Shown here: positions 1 through 8,527 of the stretch, one piece after another
Layout of the letters: the number at the start of each line of letters is the position of its first letter
Numbering within the stretch: the first letter of the stretch is position 1
DNA from: a virus
Lineage: Duplodnaviria > Caudoviricetes
Strand: one strand, 5' to 3'
DNA length: 29,387 nucleotides
Virus record (IMG/VR): IMGVR_UViG_3300037518_000024
Coordinates: 1 to 29,387 of that record
Notes under the pieces: generated by a model
The model's database searches: none
Seen by the model: the letters and a program-made list of their open reading frames with translations, nothing else
Told to the model about the DNA's origin: nothing
Made by a program: the position numbers and the translations under genes

Positions 1-219
1 AGCGTCAAGTCCCCGGATTGTGCGGCTTTCATCCGGGTTGATGTTCACTTCCAGATCGCTAAAGCTGTCCGTAGGGTCAGTGGCTTTTACGACCCCCATA
101 GCGTCGGTGTCTGACCCCACCCTGGATACGATGTATACGTTTCCGGCAGACGACAAGAAAGGTTTCGAGCGCGTAGCAGCGTCTATCGATACCAGAGGAA
201 CAGAGGTGGGGAGGGCCAT
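1..219 (-). CDS. Hypothetical protein, probably tail or virion structural (3' end runs off the window)
   Basis: Not in the ORF track. ATG at 219 overlaps the methyltransferase stop (TAATG). The frame is open to base 1: MALPTSVPLVSIDAATRSKPFLSSAGNVYIVSRVGSD... Confidence 0.7.
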   Translation of the reverse strand, partial: MALPTSVPLVSIDAATRSKPFLSSAGNVYIVSRVGSDTDAMGVVKATDPTDSFSDLEVNINPDESRTIRGLDA

Positions 220-923
220 TACAGCACCCGATACTTATACCCATCGGCGATGATGGTAGAGGTAGGGAAGATTGCCTTCCAGTCTGCCAGGCTCTTGCTG
301 TTGAAGAAGAACGGCGCATCAGGGTTGGCGAACTCTGTGACGAAGTGGCAGACCCGAGGTGGTGCGTAGTTCTCGATGAAACCCTGCAGCTGGGCGCACT
401 CGGCATCAGACAGGCTGGTGACAAGATCTTCGGTGATGATCAGGGTGGGGTCGCTGGACAGGGCCCGCTTCACCGTGTTGCGGCTTCTGTTCGAAGCGCT
501 GTCTTCTTTCAGGACTGTGCCGCTGGTTCGCTGAGCTGAGCGCAGCCGGTTGAAGTGGACAAGCCCTTCACCCTCGGTTGGGTTGAGGCCCACTGCCGAG
601 ATGGCATCAGCGATATCCGCGTCTTCGGACTGGTCTTTGGTGTCGAAGATGTAGTCGGACACGTCGGTGCCGATAGTCTCTATGCCTAGACTGGTGAGAG
701 CTTCTACCGTCCAGCCGAAACCGCAGCCGACTATCAACACTCTGTCGGCCGCGGTCAGGTCGAAGTGCTCGATGAAGAACCTCGCGCGCTTCAACATCTC
801 GGGGAACATCACATATCGATTGTAATGCAGCCTGATTCCAGGGCGAGTGTTCGGGTGGCCCATGGGTTCGGCATTGAACTCATAGGCCAGATCGAACAGC
901 GCTTTATCCCAAGAGGTGGCCAT
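219..923 (-). CDS. Class I SAM-dependent methyltransferase
   Basis: Motif I RVLIVGCGFG followed by an acidic residue at the end of strand 2 (IGTDVS). GAGGTG Shine-Dalgarno upstream of the start. Confidence 0.75.
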   Translation of the reverse strand: MATSWDKALFDLAYEFNAEPMGHPNTRPGIRLHYNRYVMFPEMLKRARFFIEHFDLTAADRVLIVGCGFGWTVEALTSLGIETIGTDVSDYIFDTKDQSEDADIADAISAVGLNPTEGEGLVHFNRLRSAQRTSGTVLKEDSASNRSRNTVKRALSSDPTLIITEDLVTSLSDAECAQLQGFIENYAPPRVCHFVTEFANPDAPFFFNSKSLADWKAIFPTSTIIADGYKYRVL

Positions 924-935
924 AGCACCACCTCA

Positions 936-1373
936 TTAATCAAGGGTAAAGGAACTCGCTGTGGTCAGACGCGGGGTCACGTTCTGCGAGAAGTTGATAT
1001 TCGGGCTGATAGTACCAGCTGCGATTATCTTGGCCCCAGTCGAACTCGAAGTCACACCGATGGAAGCGTGGGTGAAAGTGCCGGTGCTGGTCGAAGTGTT
1101 CTGCGGGAAGTCGATGTTCGCAACAGGAGACACGCTGTTGTTGGTGACTACCCAGCCGCCAGTAGTACGGGCCACGCTGATACGGGTGTACTGCGCGTAA
1201 CCACCCTCGTTGGTTCCCATGGTGCCAGTGTCACCTGGGTCAGAGGTGTGCAGGGCGCACCAGAGATTGGTTAGGGGTGACGACGCTGCGTCGTCGGCAA
1301 TGTTGCCGATGGCTGTTGCGTTGAAAATGAGTTTGCAAACGTCATTCTCGAAGGTATCGGAAAAGCCTGCCAT
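936..1373 (-). CDS. Phage tail or fibre-associated structural protein, Ser/Thr-rich
   Basis: Signature FEND..KLIFNA...LWCALHTSDPG...Y.R..VART.GGW...IDFP resembles a widespread small phage tail-region family. GGAG RBS. Confidence 0.65.
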   Translation of the reverse strand: MAGFSDTFENDVCKLIFNATAIGNIADDAASSPLTNLWCALHTSDPGDTGTMGTNEGGYAQYTRISVARTTGGWVVTNNSVSPVANIDFPQNTSTSTGTFTHASIGVTSSSTGAKIIAAGTISPNINFSQNVTPRLTTASSFTLD

Positions 1374-1388
1374 GATTTAATCTCCAGA

Positions 1389-1964
1389 TCAGGTTGACGG
1401 CTTGATGGTGAGGGACATGATACGCCCGTTTCCGTCGCGCCGCGATACTTCTACTTGCATGGGTGTTGGCCCCGATCTTGGAGCCACGGTTGGCGCCGGT
1501 ACAGCGACCGGCTTTTGCATCAGCTTCTCCATTTTAGCATGACTTTTTTCCATTGCATCCTTGCTTGCTTCTGCTCGCGCCCTGGCTTGCTGTTCGCTCG
1601 CCAGCTCGCTTCGCAGAGAACTCGATACAGCTTCAAGCTGTTTGCATTGTGCAGCATACTCACGCTGCAGAGCGTTAAGTGTTTGGTCGTTGACGCTCTT
1701 TACCGATTCCATTTTGGCGTACATTCCCTTCATTTCCTTGTTGTGTTCCTTCACCAGAGCATCCATTTCCTTCTGCATTTCCGTGCATCTGGCCTCAGCC
1801 TTGGCTGTCATTTCCTTGGCCACTGCAGTAACGGCTTGGCACCGTTTGTTTATAGTCTCTTCCATTACCTCCATAAAATCGCCGGAGGCAGATGACTTAG
1901 CTTCCGGTGCCTGGGCGCCAGCCCTGGCCAGCTTCGCTTGTAGTTGCTGCAGTTTATAGCTCAT
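1389..1964 (-). CDS. Hypothetical coiled-coil phage protein
   Basis: Long E/K/A/M/Q-rich helical region, a Pro-rich linker and C-terminal RRDGNGRI. ATGA overlap with the stop of the 2188-aa gene. Confidence 0.7.
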   Translation of the reverse strand: MSYKLQQLQAKLARAGAQAPEAKSSASGDFMEVMEETINKRCQAVTAVAKEMTAKAEARCTEMQKEMDALVKEHNKEMKGMYAKMESVKSVNDQTLNALQREYAAQCKQLEAVSSSLRSELASEQQARARAEASKDAMEKSHAKMEKLMQKPVAVPAPTVAPRSGPTPMQVEVSRRDGNGRIMSLTIKPST

Positions 1965-4900
1965 TCCGGCGCCACTCCACTCACCATGCCGCGTGTAAAT
2001 TCAACCGGGTTGTCTGGCTCTTCTATGTGCCCTTGCGCGAGGTCGGTCAAGTAACCTGCCGGCTTAGCCAGCGGTGCAAGAGGCAGCCCGGTGGCCATGC
2101 CTATTGCGGTCAAGGCATCTTTGATCGGGCGCTTCAATCTGGCGTCCTCTTCCGTTGCCACTCTCCAGCCATCGAGTCCGGTGCCAGCAATGGATTCCAG
2201 AATCGACACAGCCGGCGATACGTTGATGCGGTCATCGTACCATTTGTCGTTGAATCTGTTAATTCCAGACTGAACGGCTGGGCCTATGATCGGCACCATC
2301 GGAGTAAGCATTCGCACCTGCCCGCCAAGGAACACGCTGAGGATATTGTCCAGATAGCCGTCGTCATCGTCGTCATCGAACAGCTCGCCGCGCATTGCCT
2401 GGGTAATCGCTTCTGCCACGATAGCTGGAATGGCAAAGCCCATGGCGTAAACGTAGAGCGCCCTGCTGGCCCCGTTGTACCCACCCTTGCGCAGAGCCTT
2501 GGTGAACTCAGTAGCATTCAGGTTGGCAGCCATGTTGAAGAACGAATAGAACATGGTGAACGCGCGAAGCAGCGGCGTTCCAGCCTCGAAGCGGGAAACG
2601 TCTTCCGGAGCAAAGGTGCCCTGAGTCTCCCGTACAGCCGAGTCAGCTATACGCACTGCTTCTTTTTCGGTATGCCCTTCCTTAGTGGCCTGCTCGTAGG
2701 CCCCGCCCCAGGTGGCATAGTCCACCACGTTCTGCATTGCAATCTGCATGAAGTAGCCGTGCTCGTTAGCGAATGCCTTGGCCTTCTGGTACTTGTTGGG
2801 GTTCAGCAAGATGTGATCGATAGAGCGCTGCACGTCCATCATCTGTGTGGACACCCGGTTGCGCATGAACTTGGAAGATCCGTACACGTCGTTGACGTAG
2901 GCTTCTGGACTCTTCACGTAGCGCATCAGCGCCCCTGCGAAGTAGCGCGGCTTCACCTTGGTCATGGCCAGCGAAGCGCCGGTAAGCTGCTGCAAAGCAA
3001 CGGATACGTTCGCCACCATGATCTGCATACCGGAGCGGGTGCGGAATCCATGAAGGGCCTGGTCGAATACCCTCATGCGCGGGCCGCTCGGCTGCTCCAC
3101 CAGCTGCAGGGCTGAGCGCTGCAGCCACGGCATCAGCATCACGCTGCCTACCTCTGAGTCCAGGGCTGACAGAACGTGGCGGAAATCCTTATCAATCAAC
3201 ACCCTGCCTATGTCCTTGACGTGCGGTTCGAGGTGGGTGAAGCGCAACACTTTCTCCATGCTGCTAGGAACCAGGCCCAGGTCGAGGCTCAGCTTCTTGT
3301 TGTAGTTCTCTGACCGTTGGCGGGTGAAGCCACGCCCGGTGGTAGGAAACATGAAACTGGTTGGGCGCCCTTCCAGTGCCTCGGCTTCCTGGCGAATTGC
3401 TTGGTCTTCCACCTCAAACGGGTCAGTGATTGCCGGGAAGTAGCCGCCTCTGTACTGGCCGAAGGGTGTGGTGATAGGCTGGGCTGTTATCTCGTTGAAG
3501 TAGTACCCGTACATTTCCTTGTGGGCCTTCTGCGCAGCTGGCTTCATTTCTTCCATCAGATCCCACACACCTTGGACGAAGTCCATGTGGGCCTTGGTCA
3601 GCACGCCTTCATCTTGCATTCGTTTCACGAATTGATCCCACTTGCGAGAGTCGAGATTGCCCTCGGAATCGAACGCGCCCCACTCCCTGCCGACCAGTAG
3701 CTTCTGCAGGTTCGACTGATTGCCGGTGTGCATCATCGCCCCGACTAATCTGGTTATGTCTTTGAACTCAAAGTTAATTTCAGGCGCTTCGATCTTGCCC
3801 GACTTGAAGGTGCCTTCCGGTACAGTCTTCGCCAGCGCCTCATACTTTTTCAGGTACTGCACCCGCATATCCCGATAGGTGTCGGCTGCTTCGCTTATCG
3901 GTTGCCACACCAGGGTACGGAACGGGCCGTTGGGATCGCCGTCGTCCATGGCATCTACCCAGTGCTCCACCCGACGCAGCATTGCCTTGGCGCCCAGCAG
4001 GCCCATCTTGGTTTTATCCCAGCCGTCCTTCTCCCTGTTGTAGCCAGCGCGCTTGCGTGGCCTGACCAGCTCGGCAATGCGGGCGTTCAGCGTGCCAACT
4101 ACGGTCTTCTTGTCGATTAGCTTGCCATCGATTTCCACCTGCTTGGTGCGGCGGGCCAGCTTCCAGAGCCCTTCGATTGCATCACGCACAATGGCGAAGT
4201 CATCGATAGTCAGGTCATCCATGGTGCGGCCATCACTCGATGCCATGTCCACGATGCCCTGCATATCCAGATAGGTCTGCTCATCGTACTCCTTGATCTG
4301 CCGCATGTAGGTAGCGGCGTTCTCCTGCGCCGATCCGATCCCATGCACCGAAGCAATGGCACGAGCGGTGTTGACCATGTCCATGTTGTAGTTTTTGGCC
4401 AGTCTCTGATCAGACCGAGACAAGAATTTCTTCCACTTACGGACATGCTTGTCAGCATCCTGGCGCTTGGCCGTGGCCTCCTTGAACAAGAAGATGTTGA
4501 GCATCTGCTTGGTCTTGGCGTCGAATGCAACATCGAGGTTGCGCCCGGTGCCTGACCGGAACTCACGGCCCAGCATGGCGTCTTGCGCCTCCTGGCCAGC
4601 TTTGGCTGCAGCCTCTTCGAAGATCCTTGGGTCAGCTTCCTTGAAAGTCTTGCGGCCTATGATTTGGCGGGCAATGTCTTTCAGGATCGCCGGGTGGGTC
4701 TTCTCCCGGCGCGCACCCAGGCGCTTCAACAGGCGAAGCTCCATGTTGAACACGTCGATCTGCCGGGTGTTCTGCACCTCCATCGCTGCCTCTTCCATGG
4801 TGGTGCCTTCGACGATGATGCCGCCGTGCTCCTCGCGGATGCGCCGGGACACCTCCTCGTCAACAGCTTTCTTCAAGGTAGGCAGGCCGACCAGTTCACG

Positions 4901-7900
4901 CACAAAGGATTCGCCGCTGCTGAAACCGAAGTGTTCGGCCACCACGTCGGGACTGAGGCCATTCTCCTGATACCGGAAAGGAAGATCCGTCAGGGTCACG
5001 CCAAGATCCAGCAGGCTCTGCTTGTCCAGCTTGGTCGCGGCCATGTCCGGTATCACCGTACCGTCGGGCAGCTTGCCGCTCCAGAGCCAATAGGCTGCGC
5101 GGTAGATCGGTATTTCCAGAATCTCTTTGCGCACCTTGGGTTCGAGCGCTTTCTTCTCTTTGCGCCAAGTCTCGGTCTTCTCCCGGCGCAGTTCCTTGAA
5201 CACCTTGGCGCGGAAAGAATCGTTGGCCTCTGCCCTGGCCTCGTCGATGAGCTGGTTGTAGGCGCCGGCCTCAGCAGTGGTCATCATGCTGTCGTCGAAC
5301 ATCAGGGTGTCGTAGTCGTGGTACTCCCTGTTCTGCTTGATAGCCTCGTCAGTAGCTATCAAGTGATCCATCATGTCCCTGACTTCTGGTGTCAGCTCTA
5401 CATCGAGCATGGTCATGCTCTTGTAGATCCGCATCATCCAGTCCATGAACTGAGCGAACACTTCCCGCAATTGGAACGACGGCGCTTTCCCCTCGTACAG
5501 ATACGCTTCGAAGCCCCTGGCAAACATTTCGTGGGACTCAGTTGAAATAGCGTCGTCAGTTGCGCCAGTCCACTCCTTGGCAGTTTCCCAGTATTTCTTT
5601 GTCTGCTCGTTAGCGTCAGGGTGTGTGCCGTACACGCGCAGCTCTTCAAACCAGAGGTGAGCAGATTCATGGGCGAAGGTAGAAGGGTCGGCGCCTTTCA
5701 GCAGGGCGATCAGCTTCTGGCTTGGGACAGATGCGCCGCGCTCACCTTGGAACAGCGTCTGCTGCCCGGTGTCTCGGGCTACCGGCAGGCGGATTTCTTC
5801 GCTTGCTGCCAGATCCCATACGGCTATCTCACCCAGCTGCTCGCCTTGTTCAATGGCCACCTCACGCGGCAAGACGTTGGCAATGTCGATGTAGCCCTTG
5901 CCCGACTCACTGTCCACCCACAAGCCAAGGGCTGCGTTGGGGTCAGCCTTGAAGATATCCCTGTTACGCCGCATGAAGGTTTCGATTTCCTCAGCAGTCG
6001 GTGCGCCATCAGTGACGACGCCGCGCTGTGGGTATCCAGCGACTGCGACACCCTCGGTGCCGGCCATATTCCCTTTGGTGGGATGGAACGTAGCACCGAA
6101 GGCGCCGTAGTCTTTATCGCTCTGCTTGGCAGCTCTAAGTGATTCGACTGCGGCAGTGGTTTCGACTTCGCTGGCAGGCGGCAGGTTGATTTCCCCACCT
6201 TCCAGCGGCAAGCGGTTCGGAGTAGCAACAGCTGGCTCGGCCAACTGCTGGTTGTATTTCTTCACCTGCTCCTGAACGAACTCGCGCTGCACGGTCAGGG
6301 GCTGCTCGCTGTAGAGCTGCTGCGGGCTGAGGCCGGTGAGGTCGGACATGCCGCGTATATGCTCGCGCCAGAGCGTGGCGTTACGGTTGGCCTCAGTGTT
6401 ACCCATGCCTACATCACGCAGCTTCTGGAACACGTCACTGTAGATTTCCTGCAGCGGCGCTTCGGTGGCGATGGTCTGATCCATTTCAGCCTGCAAGCCA
6501 GCCAGGATTTCCGGCTCTGCCTGCTCAGCCATCAGCGCTTCATTAGGCGTCATTTCACCAGGGCCAAGCCGAACGTCAGGTATCAGCTGCTCGTGGAACT
6601 GGGTGCCGGCTAGCTTCCCCGCATACGTTTCGAGCGGAATGACCAGATCGCCGCCCGTTGCCTTGGCTTCTTGGTATTGCTCGTTGTTACCAAATACCTC
6701 AGTTGCTGCAGTCTCAGCGCCGTCTTGAAACAGCAGATCCCATTTCTCAATCGGGACGAAGACATTTTTGATTGGCCCGTTTTCTTTTAAGTGATTGATA
6801 TAGCTAGTTAAAGCCTCCTGCGAATTGGCGTAGGTACTTGAGTTGGCAACGGCGTCACCCAGGTCGAGCATGAACTGTTCGTTCTGCTCGGCCTTGGCCA
6901 TCTGCGAATACAGCTCGACGACCTTTGGGCCAGAGCCCAGGGCACCCAGGACTACGGACGCCTTGAACGCCTGTGCCGATTCAGCTGCTATTGCTTCGGC
7001 ATCCTGCCCGCTGACCCCAGCACCCAGGTCGCCAGTGGCCGCCTCCCTGGCCAGGATGTTCATCATCTTCTGCATGCCTTCGGTGAAGGTTTCAGTGCCA
7101 ACCGCTGCAGCGTACCTGCCGCCGAAGTCTTTCAGGGCTGCGGCTACCGACGGCTTGGCCAGGATCTGCTTCATCTGTCCGGTGGTCAGCTTGCCCAGGA
7201 TCTTGTCAGCGCCTGGTATCACCTTGATCGCCATGCGCAAGGAAGCGAACTCCATCAGCGAGTTAGGCACACCCACAAGCATTGAAGCGTACCGTGCTGC
7301 TACCGGGTCTATGGGATTGCCGTCAGCGTCTTTGACTTCTTCGAGGTCATCGAAGGCTTCGCCGACAGCCATCTGGTAAGTAAGTTCAAGATATTTCGCA
7401 CCAGCTACAGATTTGAAGCCTGTCACGCCGCCTGCCGCAGCGCCTGCGGTGACTGTTACTGGCGCCCCTGGCCCCCCTAGCAGTCCGAGCGCGCCGCCCG
7501 CCGCAGCGCCCGTAGGGAGGCCCCATTGCAGACCGTACTTGCTCGACTCGATGGCCATTGGTATCTGCATGCCGATAACATCAGCTGCAGCTTTCGTCCA
7601 GCTCGGTGCACCCTCTTCAAATTCCTGGCCAAGATCCTGCAGCTCAAGTTTCAACTTCTGGCGCTCGATTTCTTCCTGGGCGGTTATGTCGCCGGTTACG
7701 GCCTTGAACCCCAGGATCATCATTCGCTCTTTCTTGACGCCCTGCTCGATACCAACCGGCACGGCCTTGAACACGTTCATCGACTTTTCGAGGAAGCTCA
7801 GGTTCTCATAGTCACCTTGGGCCAGCGCTGCGCGAGTAGGGTTTTGCGCCAGCCACTGGGCCAGCAGCGGGCTTTCGCTGCGGAATTTCTCAGCGTCGAA

Positions 7901-8527
7901 GTCTGTCTTGGCTACCTGCTTTTCTATCTCTTCCAGATTGCGTTCGATCACGCTGACAGGCATGCCGGTGCGCAGCTGCATCTGGTAGATGCGCTGGGCC
8001 TCATTGACCGGCTTCGGATTGAGGATGGATTCGGACAGGGAATCGTTCTCACGGTTTCTGGTGAACAGCTCCCCAGCCAGCTTACGGCGTCTTTCCGACA
8101 CACTGGGGAACAGCGAGTCGGCAGCAGAAGCCGGTTGTTGGTGGGTATTGAACTGCTCGTGCGTGGCCTGGCTGGTGCCAGCAACGTTCTCCCCGTAGAG
8201 CGCCATCACCTTCTGCACGTAGTCCTGGCTCTCTGGTGGCATGGCGCCGATATCGTTGCCGCGACGGGACAGCCGGCCAGGCCCGCCGTTGTACGCGGCA
8301 AGCGCGTGCTCGACGGTGCCGAACTGGTTGTATAGGTTGTTCAGGTATTTGCGGGCGCCTTCACGAGATTGGTTCTCATCGAAGGGATTCTTCACGCCGT
8401 ATTCAGCCGCCGTGGCATCCATGAACTGGTACGGCCCCTTGGCACCCTTGGGGCTTACTGCATTCGGGTTTCCGCCAGACTCGACTTGGCGCACTGCGTC
8501 AAGCAGACGCTCCATATCAACGGCCAT
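1961..8527 (-). CDS. Large internal virion/ejection protein (T7 gp16-like position) with N-terminal soluble lytic transglycosylase domain and a central HExxH zincin-like domain
   Basis: 2188 aa. SLT motifs QVESGGNPNAVSPKGAKGPYQFM, ALAAYNGGPG and ESQDYVQKV. Glycine-zipper GAAAGGALGLLGG. TFAHESAHLW followed by HEMFARGFEAYL. Last of three internal virion genes after the tail tubular genes. Confidence 0.85.
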   Translation of the reverse strand: MAVDMERLLDAVRQVESGGNPNAVSPKGAKGPYQFMDATAAEYGVKNPFDENQSREGARKYLNNLYNQFGTVEHALAAYNGGPGRLSRRGNDIGAMPPESQDYVQKVMALYGENVAGTSQATHEQFNTHQQPASAADSLFPSVSERRRKLAGELFTRNRENDSLSESILNPKPVNEAQRIYQMQLRTGMPVSVIERNLEEIEKQVAKTDFDAEKFRSESPLLAQWLAQNPTRAALAQGDYENLSFLEKSMNVFKAVPVGIEQGVKKERMMILGFKAVTGDITAQEEIERQKLKLELQDLGQEFEEGAPSWTKAAADVIGMQIPMAIESSKYGLQWGLPTGAAAGGALGLLGGPGAPVTVTAGAAAGGVTGFKSVAGAKYLELTYQMAVGEAFDDLEEVKDADGNPIDPVAARYASMLVGVPNSLMEFASLRMAIKVIPGADKILGKLTTGQMKQILAKPSVAAALKDFGGRYAAAVGTETFTEGMQKMMNILAREAATGDLGAGVSGQDAEAIAAESAQAFKASVVLGALGSGPKVVELYSQMAKAEQNEQFMLDLGDAVANSSTYANSQEALTSYINHLKENGPIKNVFVPIEKWDLLFQDGAETAATEVFGNNEQYQEAKATGGDLVIPLETYAGKLAGTQFHEQLIPDVRLGPGEMTPNEALMAEQAEPEILAGLQAEMDQTIATEAPLQEIYSDVFQKLRDVGMGNTEANRNATLWREHIRGMSDLTGLSPQQLYSEQPLTVQREFVQEQVKKYNQQLAEPAVATPNRLPLEGGEINLPPASEVETTAAVESLRAAKQSDKDYGAFGATFHPTKGNMAGTEGVAVAGYPQRGVVTDGAPTAEEIETFMRRNRDIFKADPNAALGLWVDSESGKGYIDIANVLPREVAIEQGEQLGEIAVWDLAASEEIRLPVARDTGQQTLFQGERGASVPSQKLIALLKGADPSTFAHESAHLWFEELRVYGTHPDANEQTKKYWETAKEWTGATDDAISTESHEMFARGFEAYLYEGKAPSFQLREVFAQFMDWMMRIYKSMTMLDVELTPEVRDMMDHLIATDEAIKQNREYHDYDTLMFDDSMMTTAEAGAYNQLIDEARAEANDSFRAKVFKELRREKTETWRKEKKALEPKVRKEILEIPIYRAAYWLWSGKLPDGTVIPDMAATKLDKQSLLDLGVTLTDLPFRYQENGLSPDVVAEHFGFSSGESFVRELVGLPTLKKAVDEEVSRRIREEHGGIIVEGTTMEEAAMEVQNTRQIDVFNMELRLLKRLGARREKTHPAILKDIARQIIGRKTFKEADPRIFEEAAAKAGQEAQDAMLGREFRSGTGRNLDVAFDAKTKQMLNIFLFKEATAKRQDADKHVRKWKKFLSRSDQRLAKNYNMDMVNTARAIASVHGIGSAQENAATYMRQIKEYDEQTYLDMQGIVDMASSDGRTMDDLTIDDFAIVRDAIEGLWKLARRTKQVEIDGKLIDKKTVVGTLNARIAELVRPRKRAGYNREKDGWDKTKMGLLGAKAMLRRVEHWVDAMDDGDPNGPFRTLVWQPISEAADTYRDMRVQYLKKYEALAKTVPEGTFKSGKIEAPEINFEFKDITRLVGAMMHTGNQSNLQKLLVGREWGAFDSEGNLDSRKWDQFVKRMQDEGVLTKAHMDFVQGVWDLMEEMKPAAQKAHKEMYGYYFNEITAQPITTPFGQYRGGYFPAITDPFEVEDQAIRQEAEALEGRPTSFMFPTTGRGFTRQRSENYNKKLSLDLGLVPSSMEKVLRFTHLEPHVKDIGRVLIDKDFRHVLSALDSEVGSVMLMPWLQRSALQLVEQPSGPRMRVFDQALHGFRTRSGMQIMVANVSVALQQLTGASLAMTKVKPRYFAGALMRYVKSPEAYVNDVYGSSKFMRNRVSTQMMDVQRSIDHILLNPNKYQKAKAFANEHGYFMQIAMQNVVDYATWGGAYEQATKEGHTEKEAVRIADSAVRETQGTFAPEDVSRFEAGTPLLRAFTMFYSFFNMAANLNATEFTKALRKGGYNGASRALYVYAMGFAIPAIVAEAITQAMRGELFDDDDDDGYLDNILSVFLGGQVRMLTPMVPIIGPAVQSGINRFNDKWYDDRINVSPAVSILESIAGTGLDGWRVATEEDARLKRPIKDALTAIGMATGLPLAPLAKPAGYLTDLAQGHIEEPDNPVEFTRGMVSGVAPE

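Noticed and set aside
1907-3115. Long plus-strand ORFs (402 aa here; also 4583-5545, 7526-8335, 15033-16169, 26564-27415)
   Set aside because: They are antisense shadows of well-supported minus-strand genes, expected from codon bias, and contain no recognisable motifs.
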